NCBI RefSeq assembly: GCF_006345805.1
Contig: NC_043021.1
Span: forward strand, 7,626,001 to 7,690,000
Source of the DNA: Octopus sinensis
Lineage: Eukaryota
Direction of reading: 5' to 3'
DNA: 64,000 nucleotides
Below, in pieces: positions 13,565 through 25,800 of this stretch; position 1 is the first letter of the stretch, and every line of letters begins with the position of its first letter. The notes beneath the pieces were generated by a model, which was not told where the DNA came from, ran no database searches, and saw only the letters and a program-made list of their open reading frames with translations. A program made the position numbers and the translations under genes.

Positions 13565-13741
13565 GTTAAAACATGTTTGTGACATATTTCAACTTCTAAA
13601 GGCATATTCATTGCAGTTACCATGGAGAAAAATTTCCTCTTATGGTAAAAGGTGTAAAAACATCATAAGACAGAATTTTTCTCCATGGTAACTGCAATGA
13701 ATTTGTCTTTAGAAGTTGAAATATGTCAAACATATTTTAAC
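13565..13741. repeat. Foldback/MITE-like inverted repeat (~65-bp arms)
   Basis: gttaaaacatgtttgtgacatatttcaacttctaaag...ccatggagaaaa / ttttctccatgg...tgtcaaacatattttaac. Confidence 0.75.
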
Positions 13742-13962
13742 CAACCAAAAGTTCACTTATGCCTAAAGACTGCCAGGTGTTGATACTACTAAATGAATAT
13801 ATATATATATATAGCAACACAACTACACACATGCTGTTGGTAATCCCTTTTCCTTTTCTCCTTTCTGACAAAAAGCTACTGACCATCAAGTTAATACATT
13901 CCTTGTGCATGCCCTCTTGTTGTCCGTTAATTTTATAATTCATTTATCTGAATTGACTATAC

Positions 13963-13999
<37 letters not shown>

Positions 14000-15143
14000 A
14001 TCTACTTGCAAAATTTTCATTTTGGGCTACATTCTAACATAATCTATTCCTTCTTAAATTTGTGCTATTTTTTTACGATACAAATTTGACAATGCTGTAC
14101 TATACTCCCAAGTACTAAGTGCAATAAAATCTGTCACCCAACACCGTGGCTTCTTTCAGCACAGTCCACTCTATTGCAAAGTTTCAGGGCAGGTCTCCAG
14201 TTTGCAGCTATCTTCCTCCCTCTAACCCAGTTTCAGAGGCCCCTGTAAAAATCAATGGGCACTGCTTTTATCAATACAACACAGACCTTGGACAGGGTTA
14301 TGAAGAGTGCTGAAACAAACAGCACCACTTCACAGCACTTTTTGTTTAGAAAGATTGTGCAACATGTCAAGAAGTCAGAATGTGTTTAAACAATGGACAA
14401 CAAATGCACACACACACACACACATACGCACACACACATGTACACACTGAGGTTCAGTTTTGCACATGCACAACCCTGCCACACACTCACATATGCATAC
14501 AGACCAGGAAACTTGAGTAACAGTCAAATCCGCAGTTTAAATATATAGGAAACCCAACTATAAACCATGTATTGGATACTATTTTTCTTATATTTACAAA
14601 CTTATGTGTATGTCTCTCTCTCTTGATGGGTGAATGGATGACAAACTTGTAAGTAATGGAACATATGGCCATCTGTAAACAATCATTCAGTTAATGTTTC
14701 ATGTGTGTATGTGTGTGTGTAAGTGCAAGCATGGCAGTATGGTAAAAAGCTTGCTTCCCAACCACATGGTTTCAAGTTCAGTCCCACTGCATGGCACCTC
14801 GGGTAACTGTGTTCAACTATAAGCTGGGAATGATCAAAGCCCTGTGAGTAGATTTGATTGAAGGAAACTGAAAGAAGCCTGTCGTATATATGTGTGTGAG
14901 TGGGTGTATGCATATATTTATGTGTGTGTCTTTGTGTCTGTGTTTGTCCCCCCACCATCGCTTGACAATTGATGTTGGTGTGTTTACGTCCCCGTAACTT
15001 GGTGGTTCAGCAAAACAGGCCAACAGAATAAGTACTACGCGTACAAAGAATAAGGCCTTGGGGCTGATTTCTTTGACTAAAACCCTTTAAGGTGCTGTTC
15101 CAGCATGGCCACAGTCAAATGACTGAAACAAGTAAAAGAATAG

Positions 15144-15176
<33 letters not shown>

Positions 15177-15942
15177 TGTATATATATGTATATATGTGTG
15201 TGTGTATATATATGTATATATGTATGTGTGTATATATATATGGGTGTGTGTGTGTGTATATATATGTATATATGTGCATGTGAATATATATATATGTGTA
15301 TGTATGTGTGTGTGTGTGTATGTATATATATATATGAGTGTGTGTGTGTTTGTGTGTGTGTGCGTGTGTTTGTGTGTGCGTGTGTGTATGTGTGTGTGTT
15401 AATCACTCAGAGAATCTAATGAAGGTTTTTTTTGTAATTGAATCACTAAACCTATCACCTTTAAGACCTCTATTATTTCATCAGTTGGGGATCGAATGCT
15501 CTGCAAGCTGTAATAGGGAAGGGGCCACAGTCTCCATTTGAAAGGCAGATAAAAGAACACAAACATACTCTATCGTTGGTAAACATATATATTACTTATA
15601 TAGTCAGAAAAGAACTCTTGTGTGTGCATGGGAAAGAGAGAGAGTAAGAAAAGATAATGATGCCTAAGTGTATTTGAGTATTTAACATATGTCTGTGTGA
15701 AAGAGAGAGAGAGAAAAGGAGAGACTGTGTGTGCGTGTGTGTGTGTGTTAGACGAGAGATTATTATAGATGAAAAAGGGAAAAAATCATTGAGTGAGAAA
15801 GGCAGAAATTGAACATACATCCATTAAGATTGCACTTGTTACATTCTCGGCTGCTCTCTCTCTGCCTTGCACCAGGAAATATGTTCTCATCTTGCACACA
15901 CACACACACACATAACATACATACATACATACATACATACAC

Positions 15943-15997
<55 letters not shown>

Positions 15998-16329
15998 TGA
16001 AGCAGAGAAGAGGCAGAAAGAATATGTTTAAATGAAAATGCGAAAGAAATTAATGAAGAAATGACGGAAAAGAAAATAACATACAAGATGGTTTAAGGTA
16101 GAATAAAATAGAGATAGAACAACAGAGAGGGAGAGAAAGAGACCAAGAGAGACAGAGAGCAGAAGAGAGAGAGTAGGAAGAAAGCGATAATCAGATAGCA
16201 TTATGTTTATACACAAACAAAATAAAGAATATTGCAAAAAGAATTCCGTTTTCTGGATTTCCATTTTTGTTTTATTTTCTTGTTAAAAGGAGGAATGGCA
16301 TAACAAAAGACTCCGTGCTAGATTAGATA

Positions 16330-16430
16330 AGCAGGAAAAATTGACGCAAAACAAACGCCGCCATCATCAAACACGGATTGTATCTTTGGAAAAGGGAAAT
16401 TATTATTCAAAATGGCCGCAGTTAAAGATG
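16330..16430. promoter_or_regulatory. Candidate divergent promoter / TSS region
   Basis: Opposed YY1-like motifs (CGCCGCCAT 16356-16364 reading leftward; CAAAATGGCCGC 16408-16419 reading rightward), a TGACG site at about 16342, local CpG enrichment, all inside a ~2.5-kb SINE-free stretch. Confidence 0.35.
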
Positions 16431-17301
16431 ATTCTTATTTTTAGTCCATTATACATACATACATACATACATACGTACATATGAATATGTGTGTGTATTT
16501 AAGTATGTATGTGAGTATTTATGTGTATGTAAGTGTGTATATGTGTGTGTGTGTGTGGGTGTGTGGGTGTGGTGTTAGGATGATGTGCGTAAAAATCACA
16601 AACAGAAGCCAACGAAAATCGTACACATCAGCTAAATATATGATCTGATTTTTCTAGAAGAATTTTGTTTTCAATACAACTGTACAAAACACATATTTTA
16701 CAAAAAAAATTCTTCTGCAAAAGCCAGCCATTAAACATTAAAATGCTACGAAGCAGAATGAAACATATGCACATATTCAATAGGACGCACACATATGTAT
16801 ATACAGATATGCATGTACACTTTTGTGTGATTAAATGTCCTTTATATTTCTACTTACTTTCTATTTTTTTTAGAGGAAAAGGGATTAATTTCATAAATAA
16901 AACTCTTATAATATATTTTCGTTCAAAATTTTTCACTGAAAATTTGCTTATATAATGTAAGGACAAGACAAAAATGGCTACGAAATGAAGATAACGCAGA
17001 AGATGTTTGTCAAATTTTCTTCCATAAATGACAAATATTCAAATAATAATCTATGAAACGATGACGGTCTTTCTTTATTTGCCACAAGATCCAAAACAAG
17101 ATAACACTACAATGCAATATAACACACACACACACAGACGAGTATTCAATGGAGTTGGATACAACACTGGTGTGTGTGTGTGTGTGTGTGTGTGTGTCGA
17201 AACCATATCAGTATGGAAAAGCTGATGTAAATTGATGATACTGAAATATTTATGTTATTTACAAAACTTAACATTCTTAATGTTAAATTGTAATTAAAAT
17301 T

Positions 17302-17340
<39 letters not shown>

Positions 17341-18692
17341 ATGAGAATATAAATCTTGCTTTCTAGCTTACATAAAAAAACATTGATAAGGTCATTAATT
17401 AACAATGAGGAAAAGAAGAAAAGGGTTTATAATTATCAAAAACATAGTTTCTTTATTTTTATCTGAAAAATTATTGAGAATTACTTCCAAATTCTAACCT
17501 AAGCTGCAAACGACATTGAAAAGAAAATCACTGCACTTGGGATGTCCCAAAAATATGGCACTTAGACATATTACTTATATGAAAGCAAAACATAAATTTA
17601 AATGATATTAAGAACAAGGTATGTGTGTATCTACCTGTAGGTGTGTGTATGGATGTACATATGCCAGTTGGGAAAAAGGAACTTTAAATAATGATGATGA
17701 AATGTGTGTGTATGTGTGTATTATACATATATAAACAGTGGAAAATTTGCTAAACTCGTTAATAGAAAAGGAAAAAAATTTACTGGGTCAACATAGGTTT
17801 TCAGTTTTATTTGATATTAAAGATCAAAAATAAATATGTTTATATAATGAATATAATTATCAAAAATTAAAACACCGTCACAATGTCCAACAAAGAAGGT
17901 CAGGTCATAAATAGAAGCGAATTTGATATAAAACAGCTGGTCGAGAGAGACATTTGCTAAAATATGTTATATTTTAAGACAGAAATAAAATTTTAATAAA
18001 AATACAGCTGTTACATTGTCTGGTAACAATTAGCAACTAATAATGGTAATAATGATGATGATGAAGAAGATGAAGATGATTTTTTTTTTTTAACTTTACC
18101 ACAAGACAGCAAATATTTTGGGGAGAGATGCAGTCAATTTTATCAACCCCAGTAGTTACAGTTGTTATTTGTCTTGCTGAGCCTGGGAGAATAAAAGTTA
18201 AAATAAAGACTTCATCTGGATTTGAACCCTGTTGCAGCTTTGGCTCGACACATTGTGCATGAATGTCACAATTGCTCAATGCCCTAAAGATTCATATTTG
18301 ACTACTCAAAAGACTCCATATTACGACTTGTAAAAATAATAACAGTTTCAAATTTTGGCAGACGTCCAGCAGTTTTACATGGGTGAGATTATAACATCGA
18401 TCCCAGTGCTGGACAAATAACCATCTTATCAACTCTGAAAGGCAAAAAACAGTGACTTTGTGGTAAGAAGCTTGCTTCCCAACTACAAGGTTCCAGGTTC
18501 AGTCCCACTGCATGGCACCTCAGGCAAGTGTCTTCTATTATAGCTTCAAGCCAACCAAAGTGGATTTGGCATACAGAAACTGAAAGAAGCCCATCATATA
18601 TACATACACACACACACACACACATTTATATATATGTATATATATGGCGGTGTGATGGCAGAAACGTTAGCGCGCCGGGCGAAATGCTTAGC

Positions 18693-18730
<38 letters not shown>

Positions 18731-19487
18731 CATACTGTTATAATTCAGGATGGTCATTTTTTTTCCTGCCAAATAAACACAGGCACTACATATTCATCCT
18801 TCATTTGTTTATTATAGTTCATTGTTTATCTTATGTCCATTGTCTGGAAAGCTTACATCACACACCTGTGACCTCTTCAGCGACCTATCCATCCCACATT
18901 TCTCCTCCTGTTCTGTTTAATCCATTCATAAACATATATGTGTGTGTGGGGGGGGGGTAGTTGTGTTTCTTTGTCCCCCACCACTACTTGATAACCAGTG
19001 TTGGTGTGTTTACATCCCCATAACTTAGTCGCTTGGCAAAAGAGACCAATAGAAAAAGTACCCGGCTTAAAAAAAATAAGCACTGGGGGTTGATTGATTC
19101 GACTAAAAATTGCTCAAGGCAGTGCCCCAGCATGGCCAGTCTAATGACTAAAACAGCTAAAGAAAAAAACAAAAAAAAAAAACGAGAAATGTTGCTAAGC
19201 ATTTTATCTGAAGCACTAATGATTCTACCAACTCACTACCTTACTACTATTACTACTACTACTACTTTTTAATTTCAGAACAAGCCCAGCAGTTTTAGGG
19301 GAGGAGATAAGTCAATGACATTGACCCCAGTTTTTCAGTTTTTGAGACTCATACTTATTCTATCTACAGCCAAAAAGCATAAAAGGTAAAGTTGACTGCA
19401 ACGGCATTTGAACTCAGAACATAAAGAACCAAAAGAAATGCATCTTGTCCAGTGCAGTAACATTTCTGCGAGCTACTGGCTTAGTAA

Positions 19488-19517
<30 letters not shown>

Positions 19518-19521
<4 letters not shown>

Positions 19522-20705
19522 GGTCTCAAGCTGGCAGAACCGTTAGCATGCTGGATGAAATGTTTAGCAGGATTTCGCCCATTGCTACGTTCTGAGTTCA
19601 AACTCTGCCAAGGTCGACTTTGCCTTTCCTCCTTTCAGGTTGATAAATTAAGTACCAGTTGCGTACTGAGATCAATCTAATCGACTGGCCTCCTCCCCCA
19701 AAATTTCAGGCCTTGTGCCTAAAGTAGAAAAGATTATTATTAATATTAAAGCGACAAACTGGCAGTCGTTAATGCACTGGGTGAAATGCTTAGCGGTATT
19801 TCGTCCATTTTTATGTTTTGAGCTTAAATGCCACCAAGGTCAACTTTGCCCTTCATCCTTTCAGAGTCGATAAATTAAGTACCAGTGAAACACTGGGGTC
19901 CGTGTAATCAACTAGTCCCCTCCCCCAAAATTTCAGGCCTTATGCCTTCAGTAGAAAGGATTAGTATTATTATTATCATGAATATTAAGACAGCAAGCTG
20001 GCAGAATCATTAGCACGCTAGACGAAATACCCAGCAGTATTTCACCTGTCGCTAGATTCTGAGTTCAAATTCCACCACGGTCAACTTTGCCTTTCATCCT
20101 TTCAGGGTTGATGAAATAAGTACAAGTTGAGCACTGGGCTCAATGTAACAAATTAGCCCCCACCCCGCCTCACAACCCCACAATTCCAGACTTTTGCCTA
20201 TAGTAGAAAGAATTATCATTACTATTATTTATTAAGGCAGCGAGCTGGCAGAATTATTAGCACACCAGAAAAAATGCCTAACAGCATTTTGTCCATCTTT
20301 ATGTTCTGAGTTCAAATTCCACTGAGGTCGACTTCACCTTTCGTCTCTTCAGAGTTGATAAAATAAGTACCAGTTGAACTCTGAGGTCAATGAAATTGAC
20401 TTAACCCTCCCCTGAAATTGCTGGCCTTGTGCCAAAATTTGGAACCGTTATTGTTATTATTATCGTATTATTATTATAATTGTTATTATTTAGGGCAAGC
20501 TGGCAAAGTTGTAAGTACACTGGGCGAAGTGCTTAGCAGTATTTTGTCTGTCTCTATGTTCTGAGTTCAAATTCTGCTGAAGTCGATTTTGCCTTCTATC
20601 CTTTTGGAGTCAATGAAATAAGTACCAGTTGAGCACTGGCATCAGTGCAATTGACTAGCCCCTCCCCCAAATTTAAAGCATTGCGCCTATAATAGAAAGG
20701 ATTAT
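19518..20705 (+). mobile_element. Head-to-tail train of five family-B SINE copies separated by (ATT)n
   Basis: Repeating unit ag(c/g)tggcagaa...ttctgagttcaaattcc...tttgcctttcatcc...aagtaccagttgagcactg...gccttgtgcc...tagaaagg+(att)n; similar trains at about 2640-3420, 42015-42600 and 48690-49420. Confidence 0.8.
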
Positions 20706-21254
20706 GATGGTGATGATGATGAGGAGGAGGAGGATAATTGCTTAACTTTAATTACTTGAAATTAGCCAAAGAGCAGTTTGTGTAAAGACAGAATTCAGCT
20801 CATTTATTTAATACAAGTATCTTACAGGATATTTCTACTTCACCCCTGCAAGAACCACTAGAAAATAAAAGGAAAAAAAAAGATGGTTAAGTATGAGAGA
20901 CAGATGAACAATAAAAGAATGTGACTTCACACTACAGTCTCTGACCCACTAGCCAATTCGTCTTCTACTATTGCTACCATTCTACCATTCTGATAATAAC
21001 TACTACTGTTACTACTATTTCTAATATACGTTCACAGATTTAGGTGGGAATTAGAATAGATTTGATTAAATCATTCCTAGCCTTTGACTGGTATTTATAT
21101 CATACCAACCATAAAAGGATGAAAGGCAAATATTAACTTAGATGGGATTTGAACTCAGAACATAACAAGACAAAACAAATACCACAAAGCATTTTAACCA
21201 GAGCTTACCTCTTTCCCAGTTCTGCCATCCACCATTCTAACATATATATATATC

Positions 21255-21450
21255 GCCATGTCGAATCGTTAGCCCCTACACGCAATTTTTTTCTCTCCTT
21301 GTTACTTTTCTGTGTATCTTTCTGTCGAAGAGCGTAGGCTCGAAACGTAAAAGACTTTGTTTTATTTCTGTTCCTGAGTGCCATACTAATACATTGTTTG
21401 TTTGTACTCCACCTGCCTTCATCTTTTGTTTATTTTCGTAAACCTTCCCG
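21255..21450 (+). mobile_element. Short (~200 bp) Penelope-like non-autonomous repeat with hammerhead-like motif (variant core CTGTCGA)
   Basis: One of four related copies embedded in (TA)n. Motif TCTTT-CTGTCGA-A-GAGC-GTAG-GCTC-GAAA-CGTA-AAAGA at 21317-21354. The Penelope assignment rests on the known association of minimal HHRs with PLEs. Confidence 0.55.
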
Positions 21451-21455
21451 TTATA

Positions 21456-21495
<40 letters not shown>

Positions 21496-21535
21496 CATAC
21501 ATACATACATACATACAGACACATATACATACACA

Positions 21536-21756
21536 CACAAGGGGGTGCTGAAAAGTTCCTGGCTTTGGGTAAAAGAAAATACAGGAGGATCAGTTAATGA
21601 TGATTTTATTTAACATATTCCCCTTTCAGATTCACACTCTTGTTGTTGTGGTCCTTCAGTTTTTCTAAGCTCTTTTAAAGAACTCGGATGGTTGGGCCTC
21701 CAATCAGGACCTTTGTGATACTCTTAAAACCAGGAACTTTTCGGTATCCCTTCGTG
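21536..21756 (+). mobile_element. Tc1/mariner-like MITE
   Basis: ~30-bp imperfect TIRs (cacaagggggtgctgaaaagttcctggcttt / aaaaccaggaacttttcggtatcccttcgtg); inverted second copy at 57123-57325. Confidence 0.65.
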
Positions 21757-22130
21757 TGTGTGTCTGTATATATTATATATATATATTACTCTATCTTTGG
21801 TATTTGAGTACTATTTTTCCCACCTTGTTTTGCATCTATGTGCTTACTTGTGCATGTGTTGTGTGTGTATACATATAAGGATACTAATTACATTTGACTA
21901 AATACAAGGCCAGATGTTGTAGGATTACTGATATATAATATGTTTGATACAACAAAGACAAAACAAAACACTAGAGTACATTCCAGCCAATGTTCTTATT
22001 CCTATCCTCTAACCTATACGACAATCTGCCAACCAAGTTGTGGCCACCACACTTTCCTTGACATAGCAGCCAAATTTCCTTCAAATTTCACCCACTTTCA
22101 TTATTTAAAAAACAAAAAGTGAAACATTAA

Positions 22131-22341
22131 CCCTTTAGCATTTAAACCGGACAAAAGTATTCTACCTGTTTTATGTTCAAACTGGCTAGATCTGGTCTCT
22201 CACACCAACCCTACAATATCATCTTAAAAATTAACAGCTACCTCATCAAAATCTCATAGCTACAAGATAATGCACGATTAATTCAAAACAATGTGGATGA
22301 AGAAGCATTAATTTTGGCAGAATAATGCGAACACTAAAGGG
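22131..22341 (+). mobile_element. piggyBac-like MITE, family 1
   Basis: TTAA|CCCTTTAG...CTAAAGGG|TTAA: TTAA target duplication and terminal inverted repeats; near-identical copy at 37287-37504. Confidence 0.8.
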
Positions 22342-23294
22342 TTAAACAATACAGTCCTTGATATACACAAAATGGCAAGATAGTCATGGTTGGAACACCT
22401 TTAATCATAAGTATCTGCATCCAGAGCTGACCTTCGGCTAAACTTCAACAATAACAGGTTTTCCAGATATTGCAACTTCAATTATTTTCATCTAATTTCT
22501 GCTATTTTTACCCAATTACTGCATTTCAGCCAACAACTGCTACAGCCAATTGGCATGATAAACCATTCCCATTCCATTCAATAAATAGTCAGCTACCTAT
22601 GTAAGATGGTGGTGGTGGCGGCGGCGGTGGTGGTGGTGGTGGCAGTGTTTAATTCCAGGTCAGCTTTAGACTAGCAGACTTCTGACCAAAATGTGCTTCA
22701 GTTTTATCGGTGAGCCTTAACTTCAGACATGGTGTACCTAGGACTACATTACCAATTCTGCACTTCTCTTTTCATGACAACAGGGTGTGATTTAAGGGGC
22801 AATATGGGCTGTTATTTCTGGTTGGTCAACCAAGTGCAGGATTCCTGTGTGCAATCGGTTGACTTTGGATGGGTGGATTGATAGATGGATGAGGAAACAG
22901 ACAAACAAAAGTATCTGTGCACACATACACACACACACATCATATATATATATATATGTATGTATGTATGTATATATATATCATCATCATCATCATTTAG
23001 CATCCGCTTTCCATGCTACATGGGTTGGACGGTTCAACTGGGGTCTGTGAAGCCAGAAGGCTGCATCGGCCAGTCTGATCTGGCAGTATTTCTACGCTAG
23101 GCGCCCTTCCTACAAACACTGCCAGATCAGACTGGGCCGATGCAGCCTTCTGGTTTCACAGACCCCAGTTGAACCGTCCAACCCATGCTAGCATATAATT
23201 TATATATATATATATATAAATTATAAAATAATAATTTATACCAGTGGTTAGCATGCGTGATAAAAGTCAGAAGAGATAAATATTCTTTTATAAT

Positions 23295-23476
23295 ATAAGA
23301 GTGTATAAAAATTTATACACGAAAAGAAGACTACCATGTGGACTTCTTACATGTTAAAGAGGACAGTCAAATCCCAAACCACAAAAAAACATTTTCATGG
23401 CTTGGGATTTGACTGCTCTCTTTAGCATGTATGAAATCCACATAGTGGTCTTCTCTTCATGTATAAATTTGTAACA

Positions 23477-23484
<8 letters not shown>
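23295..23484. repeat. Foldback element (imperfect inverted repeat, ~80-bp arms)
   Basis: Arms ...aatttatacacgaaaagaagac...tcccaaacca / tggcttggga...gtataaatt...; related to 45148-45364. Confidence 0.75.
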
Positions 23485-23523
<39 letters not shown>

Positions 23524-23568
23524 AAATGAGATGACAAAGGAATAAACGATTATCAAATGAACTTCATT

Positions 23569-23649
23569 AGCTTACAGCTGTTTCTGCTATAAGATGCTGT
23601 GGACTCATAGTTGAGTGCCTGAGTAACACCTTATAGCTTCATCAGAGCC
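23569..23649 (-). ncRNA. Type I hammerhead ribozyme motif, canonical core, palindromic stem III
   Basis: Minus strand: GGCT-CTGATGA-A-GCTATAAGGTG...CATCTTATAGC-A-GAAA-CAGCTG-TA-AGCT. Stem II is 8 perfect bp plus 3 more; stem III is the palindrome ACAGCTGT; GUA triplet, predicted cut between 23573 and 23572; stem I is 4 bp. Confidence 0.7.
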
Positions 23650-23812
23650 TCAAGTAATCACTTCATTCCGAAGCATGAGTATACTGAGTTCCACACCAGT
23701 TTATCAGTCTCGCAATGCCTAAGCAAAATATCGAAACACAAAATCTCCATCTGAAAGAGTCTAACAACTAACAATAAAAAAAATAAATAAATATAGACAG
23801 ACAGACAGACAG

Positions 23813-23848
<36 letters not shown>

Positions 23849-25580
23849 TTGGTGATAAGGATTCAATACAATCAAGGCACAACAATACTTGGTATGCTGG
23901 AATGGCTAGGCACAATAACATGGAGCTCACAGTCAAGTAAACAACATTGAACACATCAAGTGTTGTTAGGATAAGAACCTCAGTCTCAGAGCTACAGAGA
24001 GACTAACAAAAAAGTGTTTGCATATGTATACACACGCACATAATAAAATGAAGGAGTGTGAGTATAATTTTTGACACAAATACACACACACCCAGCTGCT
24101 ACAAACCAGCCCCAACTCTCTAATAAAACAATTACACACACATTTACAGGAGATATTGCTCTATGACAAATCTTCTGGAGAATTCTTTTGCACAAGACTT
24201 TTAAGAATCAAGTGAAGGAAGTGTTTTAAAACCATATCTATATTTTGTATATGCACACACATACATCATCATCATCATTTAGCGTATGCTTTCCATGCTA
24301 GCATGGATTGGACAGTTCAACTGGGGTCTGGGAAGCCAGAAGGCTGCACCAGGCCCAGTCTGATCTGGCAGTGTTTCTACGGCTGGATGCCCTTCCTAAC
24401 GCCAACCACTCCATGAGTGTAGTGGGTGCTTTTTACGTGCCACCCGCACAGGTGCCAGACAGAGTGGGCAAACAGCCACAGACAGATGGTGCTTTTTACG
24501 TGTCACCGGCACGACATATATATAAATATACGCACTTAAATATGTACATATATATATATAACACATTGTCTTTTACAGTTCTGATTCAATTATGAGATGT
24601 TCACTCAACAAAAATTTGTATTTGTATCAAATTAATCATATGTGTGTGTGTGTGTGTACATGTGTGTGTGTACACGTGGGTGTATGTACACGTGGGTGTG
24701 GGTGTGTGTGTATATGTGTGTGTGTACACGTGGGTGTGTGTGCACATGTATCTGAATGTGAGATCATGAGCATATGTGTGTGGGTTGAATATACGTACAT
24801 GGATACATACACAAAAAAATATCTGCCACACCCTAATATTGTTAATTATTATAATTAGCACTGTTCTCTCATTGAAGACTGGGTCTCTGGAATGATTTGA
24901 GCTAGATTTCTAACAAATCATTATTATTTTTATTATTATTCTCCTCCTTGTCCTCTCTGAGAACATCCAAAGCTCTTTTTTATGTTAACAAAAAGAAAAG
25001 GCAATTCTTCCTTCTGTAACAAAATATAATGACAGTGCAAGAGAGAGAGGATTCAACTATCTCAGCCGTACAGTACTTTATTAATCCACCAACCTATTAC
25101 GTATAGTCATTCATTAATCTCACTTATATTGTATTTCATTATGTCATACTCTACTCTTTACTTGTTTCAGTCATTTGACTGTGGCCATGCTGGAGCACCG
25201 CCTTTAGTCGAGCAAATCGACTTATTCGTTGTAAGCCTAGTACTTATTCATTGTCAAGCGATATTGGGGGGACAAACACAGACACACAAACATATACACA
25301 CACATATATACGACGGGCTTCTTTCAGTTTCCGTCTACCAAATCCACTCGCAAGGCTTTGGTCGACCCGAGGCTATAGTAGAAGACACCTGCCCAAGGTG
25401 CCACGCAGTGGGACTGAACCCAGAACCATGTGGTTGGTAAGCAAGCTACTTACCACTCCTACACCTATTTATACTATACTACATAAATGTCACTTCATTA
25501 CCCTTATAGCAAATAAAGTTATGACAACTGTCAACCTTCAACAGTCAATGATATATGACCAGTACAAGAGGACATCTTAA

Positions 25581-25800
25581 CCCTTTCGTTACCAACCCGA
25601 CTGAAACCAGCCCTGGCTCTGAGTACAAATGTCATGTTTTCATAAGTTCTGAATTAAAATCTTCCACCAAATCTTAGTCACAATTTATGTTCCTAACACT
25701 AGATTAATGATAACTAAGTTATTTTACTAAATTCTTTGTTATATTTAAAGTAATTGAAAGAAACACAGAGCATCTCAAAATAAATACAGTAATGAAAGGG
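25581..25800. mobile_element. piggyBac-like MITE, family 2
   Basis: TTAA|CCCTTTCGTTAC...GTAATGAAAGGG|TTAA: 12-bp TIR with one mismatch. Confidence 0.75.

Noticed and set aside
17878-17963. Candidate WDR11 terminal exon (ANVSLDQLFYIKFASIYDLTFF)
   Set aside because: Only a loose hydrophobic pattern match and a weak donor; not enough to call.
19518-20705. Regularly spaced repeats superficially like a CRISPR array
   Set aside because: Units are ~220-bp SINEs separated by microsatellite, in eukaryotic DNA with no cas genes.
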